Positions 18,618 through 27,230 of a stretch of DNA of 64,000 nt are shown in pieces. The DNA is from Parcubacteria group bacterium. Its GTDB lineage: Bacteria > Patescibacteriota > Minisyncoccia > Phycocordibacterales > UBA2135. Every line of letters begins with the position of its first letter. Positions within the stretch are counted from its first letter, which is position 1. Location of the stretch: assembly GCA_016204045.1 (NCBI GenBank), contig JACQLQ010000001.1, positions 257,792-321,791 of the forward strand, in the 5' to 3' direction. The notes under the pieces were generated by a model. It was not told the DNA's origin, searched no databases, and was given only the letters and a program-made list of their open reading frames with translations. The position numbers were made by a program, and so were the translations under genes.

Positions 18618-19001
18618 ATGCAGCTTTCCCCAGTAGATATTTTTGCAACAGTGTTCGCTGTGCTCGTGTTGGTCAAGCTCGTGGTTGTGCTCATCGACGC
18701 AAAGGCGTGGATGAAATATGTCGCAGACCCGATTTACAAAAACCCCAATATCGCGATGGGTGTGTATCTCGCCCTCCTCGCGCTTGCCGCCTATTACCTC
18801 CGACCGATTATTTCGGCCGCAGAGTTTGGGTCAGTCTTGTTTATTGCTGCGTTTCTCTTTGGTATTGCATTTCTCCCGTATGCGAAAGAGACACTCAAAT
18901 TTCGTGATGCCATTATAGCAAAAGGGCTTGGCAAGGCGTGGTTCCCAGTGCTTCTCTGGGCACTCCTCGCGGTGGCTGTTCTCTACGGCGTGTACAATTA
19001 G
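18618..19001 (+). CDS. Hypothetical 4-TM membrane protein
   Basis: Hydrophobic throughout. No family recognised. Confidence 0.5.
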   Translation: MQLSPVDIFATVFAVLVLVKLVVVLIDAKAWMKYVADPIYKNPNIAMGVYLALLALAAYYLRPIISAAEFGSVLFIAAFLFGIAFLPYAKETLKFRDAIIAKGLGKAWFPVLLWALLAVAVLYGVYN

Positions 19002-19063
19002 TTTGAGGGTTAGTATACGGTTTGACCACATTTGAAAAATGCGGCGTACTGTTCTAGTATGCT

Positions 19064-20167
19064 TTGTATAGTATGAGACGTCGACGCGTTCCCAGGAAAA
19101 CGAGTTTGCTCCTCGCCCGTGTAGTAGTCGGGGCGACTTTTGCGTTACATGCTGGGATCATCATTCCAGCCCCTGTTCTACCTGCCCAAATGGTGGCAAT
19201 GGAGAGCGGAAGGATGTCGCTCTACGTACCCCCCTTTCTTTCGTATGAAGATGTCTTCGGAGCGAGGGTCGCCCCTAAGGTGGTGGCTGCTACGCAAGAA
19301 GAGAGTGAGGACGCTTCAGAAACGGTTTCAAAAAAGACACCAGAAAAGCCCTCTGTCGTCGCCGAGAAACCAAAGCCAAAGGTCGTCCCTCTTGTGAATC
19401 TTGCGGCGCCGCAGGCAATAGAGGTGGTAGCCCCACCTCCGCCGCAAGCAGTAGCTCTTCCAACGGATGAAAACGGCCCCGACTTCGTTCTCTCGGCATT
19501 TTCGCACTACGGCGCGCCCATTGACGAAGGGCAAGCACCATCCTTGTCAGTCATTGTAACGAACAAGGGAAAAAGTAAAACCGAAGAAAAAATCCGCGTT
19601 CAGTTTTTTGTGGACAAGGACAGCAACGGCACGCGCGATGTCGCTTTTTCTGCGCAGGAAAGTCGCCCCTTAGATATAAACGATCAAGAGACGCTCATAT
19701 GGAAAAACGCGTGGACCCTCGTCTCCGGTACACATCGCCTTGAGGTATGTGCGGATGTGCTTAATCTCGTCGTCGAAATCAACGAAGACAACAACTGCGT
19801 CTCGATGATTCTTGAGGTCGGCTCAAAGATGGACAACGCCGATCTTGTCGTCTCTGCGGCCTCGTATGCGCCGACGAATCCAACCCCCGGGATGTCCGTG
19901 TCGTTCTTTGCAGAAATTGCGAACCAGGGAAAGAAGACGTCAACAACACAGTATGTTTCTCTCCTGATCAATGGCGTTATAACAGGGAGGACGGGCATTG
20001 CTTCGATACCAGTAGGAGGAGAAGGGAAGACGGTTGAATGGAAGACGGTTTGGAAAGCAGTGGCCGGTACCCACACCTATGATATTTGCGCCGACAGCAC
20101 CAATCGAATCCATGAGCCAAATGAAGACAATAACTGCGCGAAGGGAACGTTCGTTGTAACTCCGTAG
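19064..20167 (+). CDS. Secreted protein with two CARDB-like repeats
   Basis: Signal anchor, then a Pro-rich linker, then a motif seen twice (...CADxxNxxxExNEDNNC...). Confidence 0.6.
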   Translation: MYSMRRRRVPRKTSLLLARVVVGATFALHAGIIIPAPVLPAQMVAMESGRMSLYVPPFLSYEDVFGARVAPKVVAATQEESEDASETVSKKTPEKPSVVAEKPKPKVVPLVNLAAPQAIEVVAPPPPQAVALPTDENGPDFVLSAFSHYGAPIDEGQAPSLSVIVTNKGKSKTEEKIRVQFFVDKDSNGTRDVAFSAQESRPLDINDQETLIWKNAWTLVSGTHRLEVCADVLNLVVEINEDNNCVSMILEVGSKMDNADLVVSAASYAPTNPTPGMSVSFFAEIANQGKKTSTTQYVSLLINGVITGRTGIASIPVGGEGKTVEWKTVWKAVAGTHTYDICADSTNRIHEPNEDNNCAKGTFVVTP

Positions 20168-20194
20168 GAGAGCTGATATGTAAAATGATATGTA

Positions 20195-20219
20195 AAACCC
20201 CCGGACAGGTCCGGGGGGT
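20195..20219. terminator. Bidirectional terminator between convergent genes
   Basis: cccccggac/gtccggggg hairpin, preceded by the tandem repeat atatgtaaaa(t/c)g x2. Confidence 0.5.
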
Positions 20220-20245
20220 ACTATGCGTACTATCGTGGCGATACT

Positions 20246-21043
20246 TCAGGCGGTGGCTCTCGCCGCCGCCGCCCTTGTGGCGCGGTTAGCGTAGATCTTC
20301 TCTAACATCTTCCCAATCGGGATGACGTAGTCGACGAGCGTTCCATCGGCGTCGCGGAAGTTCCCATTGACTTTGATGTATCCCTCGTCGATAAGCATTC
20401 TCATCGCCAAAGCGAGTGACTGGGGGATGCCGTTCACGCGCGTCGCCTCGAAGATGCGTAGGCTGCGACGGCCCACATGTGCGTATTCAGTCGGCTGTTT
20501 GTCCTGCTCCCGAATCTGCGTGACGCGGTTGAGGGCCGCTGCATACGCGAGGTAGCTGGAGAGGCTGCCGTCATAGGCGAATGCGTGCTTGATGCGCGCC
20601 CGCCTCGATTGCCTAGAGTAGGCACCCAAGAGGGAGGCAACAAGGCGCGGCCAGGGGACGGCATGCCAGCGACATTGCTTCTTCTCGCTGACACCTTTGC
20701 CGTGAGAGTGCTCGAGCACGACTTCGTCTCTGCCCCGGCTCGACAGGAAGGCGATTACATGAGCCGCCGTTGCCGTTGGGTCATCGAGATCCGAGAACCG
20801 CTCCATCGCTGGCATGGCCCCGAGTGGGTACACGTCGTCGTAGCGGTAATGAAGGTCCGCGAGCAATATGAACGGTGCGTCGAGGAGTCGTTCGATTCGG
20901 TGGTTAGCCGAGACGAGGGTAGGGGCGACGAGACGACTGAATGCCTCTCGCTTGATGCCCGACAGAGCGTCGTCGGCAAGGTTGCCTCTGATGATGTTCA
21001 AGGATTTCCTCCGCGTTTTCCGCCTTTCGGCGGTCCAGGCCAA
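20246..21043 (-). CDS. Hypothetical protein, higher GC (about 58%). Probable start at TTG 21001 behind GGAGG.
   Basis: The minus frame is protein-like, whereas the overlapping plus ORF is Arg/Pro-rich. No family recognised. Confidence 0.45.
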   Translation of the reverse strand: MAWTAERRKTRRKSLNIIRGNLADDALSGIKREAFSRLVAPTLVSANHRIERLLDAPFILLADLHYRYDDVYPLGAMPAMERFSDLDDPTATAAHVIAFLSSRGRDEVVLEHSHGKGVSEKKQCRWHAVPWPRLVASLLGAYSRQSRRARIKHAFAYDGSLSSYLAYAAALNRVTQIREQDKQPTEYAHVGRRSLRIFEATRVNGIPQSLALAMRMLIDEGYIKVNGNFRDADGTLVDYVIPIGKMLEKIYANRATRAAAARATA

Positions 21044-21140
21044 TTATATCATATTTTACATAGCCTGTCAATCAATTACGCCACAGAGAAAAAGCTCGCG
21101 GGAGTGTCGCAGGTATCGGTCAGTGGTATACACTCCCGCC

Positions 21141-21716
21141 ATGACGAAGCGCAAAGTGGCTCTCCTCGGGAGACGTAAAATAGCCTATACAGTGAGGCGA
21201 AATGCCCGGGCAAGGCAGATCGGTATTACGATCTACCCCAACGGGAGCGTCGTACTCACAGTCCCACAGAGTGACACACTACGAAGCGCTGAAGCCTTTC
21301 TCCGAGCAAAGGCCGATTGGGTATTAGGACTCATACGGCAATCGAAGACGGAGCGTGCGAAACGGCTTCCGCCTCCAAACAAACGATACTATCTCCTCAA
21401 TCATGATCGGGCGCGCGACCTCATTACCTCTCGCCTTGAGCATTTCAATGAACATTATGGTTTTCGATATCGTGATGTACGTATTAAAAATCTTCTTTCG
21501 CAGTGGGGGAGCTGTTCGGATAAGAAGAACCTGAACTTCAACTACCGCATTATGTTTCTTTCGCCGCGCCTCCGAGATTATGTGATTGTGCACGAGCTGT
21601 GTCACTCCGCCCAAATGAATCACTCTGCATCTTTCTGGCGGCTTGTTGAAGAGATGTTTCCTAACTATAAAGCACTGGAAGAAAGACTTGGGCGCTACAC
21701 GCTCGCGCGCTTCTAA
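21141..21716 (+). CDS. DUF45/YgjP-family zinc metallohydrolase
   Basis: HELCH (HExxH) motif near the C-terminus with WGSC upstream. Start at MTKRKV 21141. Confidence 0.7.
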   Translation: MTKRKVALLGRRKIAYTVRRNARARQIGITIYPNGSVVLTVPQSDTLRSAEAFLRAKADWVLGLIRQSKTERAKRLPPPNKRYYLLNHDRARDLITSRLEHFNEHYGFRYRDVRIKNLLSQWGSCSDKKNLNFNYRIMFLSPRLRDYVIVHELCHSAQMNHSASFWRLVEEMFPNYKALEERLGRYTLARF

Positions 21717-21742
21717 GCGGAGGGTGGGGTTACCACAATATA

Positions 21743-21770
21743 TTGACAAAAGTCTTTTATATTGTATTAT
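21743..21770 (+). promoter_or_regulatory. Sigma70-like promoter TTGACA-16-TATTAT
   Basis: Hexamers read directly from the sequence, upstream of the 21799 ORF. Confidence 0.4.
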
Positions 21771-21798
21771 TGTAACGGAGTCCCATGGAGGTAGTGTC

Positions 21799-22083
21799 GT
21801 GAAAAACCTCGCGGTCCAAGATTTTGTGGTGTATTGTCAGCCGTTGGTGTCGGAGGGTGGCGCGACAACGGTTCAGGGTTACGTATTGCACACCGACACG
21901 GCCAAGCTCAGCGCCTTTTGCGCGGGGTACCGTCAAAGGTGCAATCTCGTGCCGCAAGAAAATGCACTATACGTTATTGACCCGACCTTCTCACTTGAGG
22001 CCGATAACATGATGGTGCTTCGCGGTGGTGGCACCGTGCTCGTGTTGAACAATGATCTCCCGCCGCAACGACGGCTTCACTAA
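21799..22083 (+). CDS. Small hypothetical protein of about 95 aa. Probable GTG start with a GGAGG RBS.
   Basis: Only the promoter and RBS context support it. No family recognised. Confidence 0.35.
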   Translation: MKNLAVQDFVVYCQPLVSEGGATTVQGYVLHTDTAKLSAFCAGYRQRCNLVPQENALYVIDPTFSLEADNMMVLRGGGTVLVLNNDLPPQRRLH

Positions 22084-22150
22084 TATATAGTTACGTATGT
22101 CACCCGTGTTCGCTCAGTTGGCGAATGCGGGTTTTTGATATACTAAAGAT

Positions 22151-23371
22151 ATGACTTCGCGCGCATTGTTTTCTCCCGCACCCGTACTCTTGCTCGGAGG
22201 GTTACTCCTTGCTTTTGGCGCATACTTAGATATTCCAGTGCTTCGAGTGCCTGGCGAGCTAGTTGCGAACACTATCTTCGGCGTAGGACTTTCACCTGAC
22301 GAGCTTCGCGCCAGGTATTGGACAGGCCCTCTGCCTATATTGATTGTTCCCGGACACGACAACGCCTCGCGGGGGACACAGTTCAGGGGTTTGAAAGAAG
22401 GAGACCTTAACGTCACACTTGGCTATCTCCTCTACGACGTCTTAGCAAAAGACCCGCGTTTTGTGCCCATGATAAACCGCACCCCCGACGGGGAGTATGC
22501 ACTGTGGTTTGCTTCATACATGAAAGAGAATCGTGTTGCGATTCAGGAGTTTCGGACACAATCAAAGGTGAAGACGCGCTATTTTGCGACTCAAGGTCTC
22601 TATGATCCGCGCCGTCTTGTGCACCACAACCCCGCCGCGGACAATGTCTCTGTTGCGCTCTATGCCGTAAACAAATGGGCAAATGACCAAGACGTTCCCG
22701 TTGTGCTCCACCTTCACTTCAACGACTATCCGCGCCGCAAAAAGACGGAAGTCGGTGAATACTCGGGGTTTGCGATTTATGTGCCCGAAGGCCAACTGCC
22801 CAATGCGGGCGTCTCGACCGCGCTTGCAGAAATGCTCGCAGAACGTCTGGGGCGTGTCGTCGGTCCCAGCAACTTGCCTGGCGAGAAAGGGCCAATTGTT
22901 CCCGACCAAGAGCTCATTGCCGTTGGCTCAAACGGCTCTCGAAATGGCGCGTCGGCAGTGATTGAGTACAGCTATATTTACGAACCACAGCTCCACGACC
23001 CCGAGGTTCGTCAGCTCTTCCTTCGTGAACTAGCGCACCAGACGTATCTGGGGCTCAAGGCATTTTTTGACCCCGGGGTGCTTGCATACGCCGGAGTGCC
23101 CCCGACAACGTTATTGCCGTATGAATGGACATCAAAAACAGTTGTCGATGGCATGCGCGGTAAAGAAGTTTTTGCGCTTCAATCGGCGCTCCGCATTAGT
23201 GGATATTACCCGCCCTCCGGGCTCTCGCTTGCAAGCTGTCCATTGTCGGGCAACTATGGCCCCTGCACCACCTTTGCGGTGAAGGCATTCCAGCAAGCAT
23301 GGGGTCTCGCGCCATCCGGGTCAGCCGATGAAGCAACGCTCGAAGCAATAAAAGGCATTGGTGCAAAATGA
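22151..23371 (+). CDS. N-acetylmuramoyl-L-alanine amidase (Amidase_3-like) with a C-terminal peptidoglycan-binding domain
   Basis: ILIVPGHD, VVLHLHFNDYP...SGFAIYV, AVIEYSYIYE. C-terminus LQSALRISGYY...TTFAVKAFQQAWGL matches PG_binding_1. N-terminal TM helix. Confidence 0.7.
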   Translation: MTSRALFSPAPVLLLGGLLLAFGAYLDIPVLRVPGELVANTIFGVGLSPDELRARYWTGPLPILIVPGHDNASRGTQFRGLKEGDLNVTLGYLLYDVLAKDPRFVPMINRTPDGEYALWFASYMKENRVAIQEFRTQSKVKTRYFATQGLYDPRRLVHHNPAADNVSVALYAVNKWANDQDVPVVLHLHFNDYPRRKKTEVGEYSGFAIYVPEGQLPNAGVSTALAEMLAERLGRVVGPSNLPGEKGPIVPDQELIAVGSNGSRNGASAVIEYSYIYEPQLHDPEVRQLFLRELAHQTYLGLKAFFDPGVLAYAGVPPTTLLPYEWTSKTVVDGMRGKEVFALQSALRISGYYPPSGLSLASCPLSGNYGPCTTFAVKAFQQAWGLAPSGSADEATLEAIKGIGAK

Positions 23372-23477
23372 TCCCATTAGAAGTCGCGGGAATCAAAAGT
23401 GCGGTAATCCACGCAATGCCTAATTCTGAGTTGGGGAGCGTAAACGGTTTGTACGATTCCCTACTTCTAACGGGATG
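23370..23477 (+). promoter_or_regulatory. Copy A of a conserved leader element. 5' arm gatcccattagaagtcgcgggaatc; loop motif TAATTCTGAGTTGGGGAGCG; 3' arm gattccctacttctaacgggATG.
   Basis: About 19 bp of pairing between arms about 60 nt apart. The 3' arm ends at the start codon of the 23475 gene. Shares the motif CTTCTAACGGGATGAAAC with copy B. Confidence 0.45.
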
Positions 23478-23882
23478 AAACGGAAAGAATTTGAAAAACT
23501 TGTTTTGGAAAGCTACGCGGCACTGCCGTCGCGTTTTCAAGAGCGAGTCAAAAATGTAGCTGTCTTGGTAGAAGATGAGCCGTCGACTGCCCTGCGGCAA
23601 GAAGAGGGCCTCGTGCCAGATGAAACGCTTCTTGGACACTACCGCGGGATTCCTGCGACGGAGCGTGGAGAAGACTATGGTGTTGGGGTGACACTGCCGG
23701 ACACGATAACACTCTATCAAAAGCCGATTGAAGAAGCGGCGCACGAACTTTCGGAAGGGGTGGAAGGAGTGTTCGAGGAGAAAGTGAAAGAAGTGATCTC
23801 CGATACTGTGTGGCACGAATTTGCGCACTACTTTGGCATGGATGAAAATGATGTCGCATTGCGAGAGCGCGCGGAGGAGTAG
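23475..23882 (+). CDS. Zincin-like metallopeptidase family protein (DUF1025-like)
   Basis: HEFAHYFG (HExxH) near the C-terminus. About 135 aa, acidic. Confidence 0.6.
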   Translation: MKRKEFEKLVLESYAALPSRFQERVKNVAVLVEDEPSTALRQEEGLVPDETLLGHYRGIPATERGEDYGVGVTLPDTITLYQKPIEEAAHELSEGVEGVFEEKVKEVISDTVWHEFAHYFGMDENDVALRERAEE

Positions 23883-23903
23883 AGGTGTGGTATCATATTT
23901 TGT

Positions 23904-25184
23904 ATGAATGTCAGTGCATTTGAGGCGTACCACGCGCATTTAAAAAGAGCAGCAGAGATCCTCGGGCTCTCGGAGGAGACCGTTCTGCGTTTCCGTGAAC
24001 CTGACAGGAACATTGTAAAAACACTCACGATTGAACGCGATAGCGGCGAGCATGTGTCGCTTAGTGCCTATCGTGTTCAGTTCTCAAACGCGCGCGGACC
24101 TTACAAAGGCGGTATCCGTTTCCACCCCGAAGCAGACTTGGATGAAGTTAAATCACTTGCGGCTGAAATGGCTGTTAAGACAGCGGTTGTTGGGATTCCT
24201 TTTGGTGGGGCTAAGGGTGGCGTAGCTTTTGACCCAAAAGGGTATAGCAAGCAAGAAATTGAAAGGGTTGCGCGTGCCTATGCGCGTGCGTTCGCGGATG
24301 ATATTGGTCCTGATAAAGATATTCCAGCTCCGGACGTATACACCAATCCAGAGATCATGCAGTGGATGCTCGATGAATACGAGAAGGTGGTCGGACACGC
24401 GGCACCGGCCACATTTACCGGGAAACCAGTTCGCGCTGGTGGAAGCGAAGGGAGAGACACTGCGACAGCAGATGGTGCCATTTTTGTTTTAGAGGCATTC
24501 ATGAAAAAGAGAGGACTCAAGGTGTCTTCACAAGGTCGCGTTGCTATACAAGGGTTTGGCAACGCGGGGTTCAATGCTGCGCGCGTCCTTTACAATATGG
24601 GGTATACCATTGTCGCTGTCTCTGATTCAAAGGGTGCGATACATAAACCGACCGGTCTCGACCCGGAAGAAGTTAATCGTGTCAAAGAAGAGGGGCGTTC
24701 GGTTACAGAGCTCTATTGCAAAGGCTCTGTCTGTGACGCAAAAAAACTCGCAGATGATGGCGCGAGTGTTTTAAGTGGTGAGGATATATTCGGGGTCTCG
24801 TGCGATATTTTTATCCCCGCTGCGCTAGGTGGTGTTCTCACAAAAGAAAATGCATCTAAGGTGAAAGCTGCTGTGGTATTGGAGATAGCAAATGGCCCAA
24901 CAACCCCAGAGGCCGACCAGAGCCTGGAAGAACGCGGTATCGTCGTCATCCCTGACGTGCTTGCAAATGCAGGGGGTGTCGCAGTCTCATACTTTGAGTG
25001 GTTCCAGAACCAGAAAGGAGAAGCCTGGAGCAAGGAAGAGGTACGGAAGCGCCTTAAGGAGATGATGGAGAAAGCATTTGTTACTGTTTTTACTCGCGCA
25101 GAAAAAGATAAACTTACATTGCGTGACGCTGCTTACGCTGTCGCTTTTGAGAAAATTCTCGCGGCATCCCCCGAGAAAAGATAA
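23904..25184 (+). CDS. gdhA: Glutamate dehydrogenase
   Basis: KGGIRFHPEADLDEVKSLAAEMAVKTAVVGIPFGGAKGG and a Rossmann GFGNAG. Confidence 0.9.
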   Translation: MNVSAFEAYHAHLKRAAEILGLSEETVLRFREPDRNIVKTLTIERDSGEHVSLSAYRVQFSNARGPYKGGIRFHPEADLDEVKSLAAEMAVKTAVVGIPFGGAKGGVAFDPKGYSKQEIERVARAYARAFADDIGPDKDIPAPDVYTNPEIMQWMLDEYEKVVGHAAPATFTGKPVRAGGSEGRDTATADGAIFVLEAFMKKRGLKVSSQGRVAIQGFGNAGFNAARVLYNMGYTIVAVSDSKGAIHKPTGLDPEEVNRVKEEGRSVTELYCKGSVCDAKKLADDGASVLSGEDIFGVSCDIFIPAALGGVLTKENASKVKAAVVLEIANGPTTPEADQSLEERGIVVIPDVLANAGGVAVSYFEWFQNQKGEAWSKEEVRKRLKEMMEKAFVTVFTRAEKDKLTLRDAAYAVAFEKILAASPEKR

Positions 25185-25311
25185 GTTTGTATCGGGGTGT
25201 GGATAACTGCTGCTGTCATGGGTATCACGCTTTTGATATCCTTAAGTAGTAAAGCTGAATTAATGTAATTTATTCAGGTCGAAGTATTAATCAAAAAATC
25301 GTTCTTTTATT

Positions 25312-25500
25312 ATGGACGTTCTCCACAAAATCTCGTTCTGGCTTCTCGTCATCGGTGGTTTGAACTGGCTCTTGTATGTCTTGGGCTGGGAAGTCGGAGG
25401 TGTCCTCTTGGGCGGCATGGATGCCATGCTTGCGCAGGTCGTCTACGTTGTCGTAGGACTTGCTGCGCTCTTTGAGGTCTTCTACTTCTTCAAGAAGTAG
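25312..25500 (+). CDS. DUF378-like small membrane protein
   Basis: LLVIGGLNWLLYVLG is a DUF378-type motif. Two TM helices. Confidence 0.5.
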   Translation: MDVLHKISFWLLVIGGLNWLLYVLGWEVGGVLLGGMDAMLAQVVYVVVGLAALFEVFYFFKK

Positions 25501-25533
25501 AAGCAACAATTCATATCAGTTTCTTCTTTAAAC

Positions 25534-25560
25534 AAATCCCCTTCACGGGGGTTTTGTTTT
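25534..25560 (+). terminator. Rho-independent terminator
   Basis: aaatcccc...ggggg followed by TTTTGTTTTT. Confidence 0.5.
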
Positions 25561-25626
25561 TGCTACAATTGCTCGTTCCACAAGCATGGTATATGCTCGA
25601 GAAAGAAATAGACGAGAGGTCTCCCT

Positions 25627-26196
25627 ATGACAGGCGATGTGTGGAAGGTTGTAATGCAGCAGCCTGGATACTCTGGTAAGCGCCGCGATGAGATCCGTCA
25701 AGGGTGGGATAAGGAATACGGTCCTCTTAATTGGCGCATTGCGTGGCAGGTGAACGACATAGTTACTGATTTTCTTGGCGTGTGTGCGCTCTATGAAGAC
25801 GCATACTTCAAATTCTTGTGCAGACATCAGGATGTTCTTGCCACTCTCGTGAACCAAGCTTCCGAAGTCTATGATGATGCACCGTCCAATGTCCTGTCGG
25901 GTTTTAACTATCTAGCGCAAGAGACAAACCGGACGCATATCCAAGACATCGCCATTCGAAAGTGCCTAGTCCGCATGGCCCTACAGTTTCGGGGGAAGGA
26001 ACTTATCCGGATTCGTGACAGCAGGGGAACGCATCCGCTCTCAAAAACACTCTCGCCTGGTCGCATACCGTTCCATGTGCGGCGTCTCATTGTAACCCCA
26101 GAGCTTTCTGGTTGGTGGGAGAAGGGAAGCGTTGAAAGTTTCTATCAATCGAATAAGGTATTGCAAGTGCGGAAGGGCTCATCACCCGCAGCGTAA
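25627..26196 (+). CDS. Hypothetical protein
   Basis: ORF with a plausible promoter and RBS. No family recognised. Confidence 0.45.
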   Translation: MTGDVWKVVMQQPGYSGKRRDEIRQGWDKEYGPLNWRIAWQVNDIVTDFLGVCALYEDAYFKFLCRHQDVLATLVNQASEVYDDAPSNVLSGFNYLAQETNRTHIQDIAIRKCLVRMALQFRGKELIRIRDSRGTHPLSKTLSPGRIPFHVRRLIVTPELSGWWEKGSVESFYQSNKVLQVRKGSSPAA

Positions 26197-26198
26197 TT

Positions 26199-26226
26199 AA
26201 ACAGGAGAAATCCTGTTTTTTATTTC
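26199..26226 (+). terminator. Rho-independent terminator
   Basis: aaacagga/tcctgttt followed by TTTTATTTC. Confidence 0.55.
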
Positions 26227-26405
26227 GTCGAGCGAGTGGGCAAAATGAAAATGTTTCAATTTTCATTTTCTCCGAGCGAAGACGAAATGAGGGTAGACTA
26301 CCGCGCGGCTTGCCGCGCATTGCTGCGAGCGAAGCAAGCTCCTCCAATACCTCGGGGCTTGCCCCGAGGACACCTTTATTTTCTCCGTAATGATACAATG
26401 CGTGA

Positions 26406-27032
26406 ATGATAGATAAAGAGGTAAAACGCCGTGCCGCGGCACTCCTTCGTGCGCTTACGAAGTTGTTCCCCAATCCCAAGATTGTTCTCAAGTACCACTC
26501 CAACTGGGAGCTTTTGGTTGCGGTGGAGTTATCTGCACAATGCACAGACAAGAAAGTGAACGAAGTAACTGAAAGACTTTTTAAAAAATACAGGACTCTT
26601 GATGACTATGTGCGTGCCGACCCGCGAGAGTTCGAGATAGATATTCACTCCACGGGTTTCTTTAGGAACAAGACAAAGAACATTCTTGCGGCCGCAAAGA
26701 TGGTAAAGGAGAAACACGGCGGTCGTGTGCCTGACACGATGGAAGAGCTTATCGAATTACCGGGTGTTGCGCGCAAGACCGCAAACATCATTCTCGGAAA
26801 TGCCTTTGGCAAAGTAGAGGGGATTGCGGTTGATACGCACGTCATACGCCTTGGGCATCGCTTCGGGCTCTCGAAAGAAAAAAATCCGGAGAAGATTGAA
26901 AGAGACTTGATGGCGACCTTCCCCAAAAAGGAGTGGTTCAAGCTCACCTATCGCCTCATTGAATACGGGCGTAACTACTGTCCTGCGCGTGGATGTCCGG
27001 ATGACCACCCCCTAGCACGTTTTGACGCCTAA
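26406..27032 (+). CDS. nth: Endonuclease III (HhH-GPD glycosylase) without the C-terminal 4Fe-4S Cys cluster
   Basis: HhH motif LPGVARKTANIIL, catalytic K and D context. The C-terminus ends in CPARGC with only 2 Cys. Confidence 0.8.
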   Translation: MIDKEVKRRAAALLRALTKLFPNPKIVLKYHSNWELLVAVELSAQCTDKKVNEVTERLFKKYRTLDDYVRADPREFEIDIHSTGFFRNKTKNILAAAKMVKEKHGGRVPDTMEELIELPGVARKTANIILGNAFGKVEGIAVDTHVIRLGHRFGLSKEKNPEKIERDLMATFPKKEWFKLTYRLIEYGRNYCPARGCPDDHPLARFDA

Positions 27033-27058
27033 TTTTGAGTATTTTCTAATCATATTTT

Positions 27059-27091
27059 CTCTTGCATAGACTGGCTGGAGGTGTGTATACT
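27059..27091 (+). promoter_or_regulatory. Promoter TTGCAT-18-TATACT driving leader element B
   Basis: Hexamers read directly. The TSS would fall a few nt before the 5' arm. Confidence 0.35.
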
Positions 27092-27103
27092 TTCAGTTAC
27101 TAT

Positions 27104-27230
27104 GGAATCCCGTTAGAGGCCACGATCATTCGCAGGTTTCTGGCTGGAGATGGGAATAGCTTACCAATTTTAATTCTAAGGCGGGGAACGATTTTCATAT
27201 GATCGTGATCGCCTCTAACGGGATGGAACC
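27104..27230 (+). promoter_or_regulatory. Copy B of the conserved leader element. 5' arm ggaatcccgttagaggccacgatcat; loop motif TAATTCTAAGGCGGGGAACG; 3' arm atgatcgtgatcgcctctaacgggATGgaacc.
   Basis: About 22 bp of pairing (13 bp + bulge + 9 bp) across a 69-nt loop. The 3' arm contains ATG 27199 and ATG 27223. Confidence 0.45.

Noticed and set aside
20477-21178. 233-aa plus-strand ORF
   Set aside because: It overlaps the more protein-like minus-strand gene 20246-21043 and the upstream region of the DUF45 gene. Its translation is Arg/Pro-rich.
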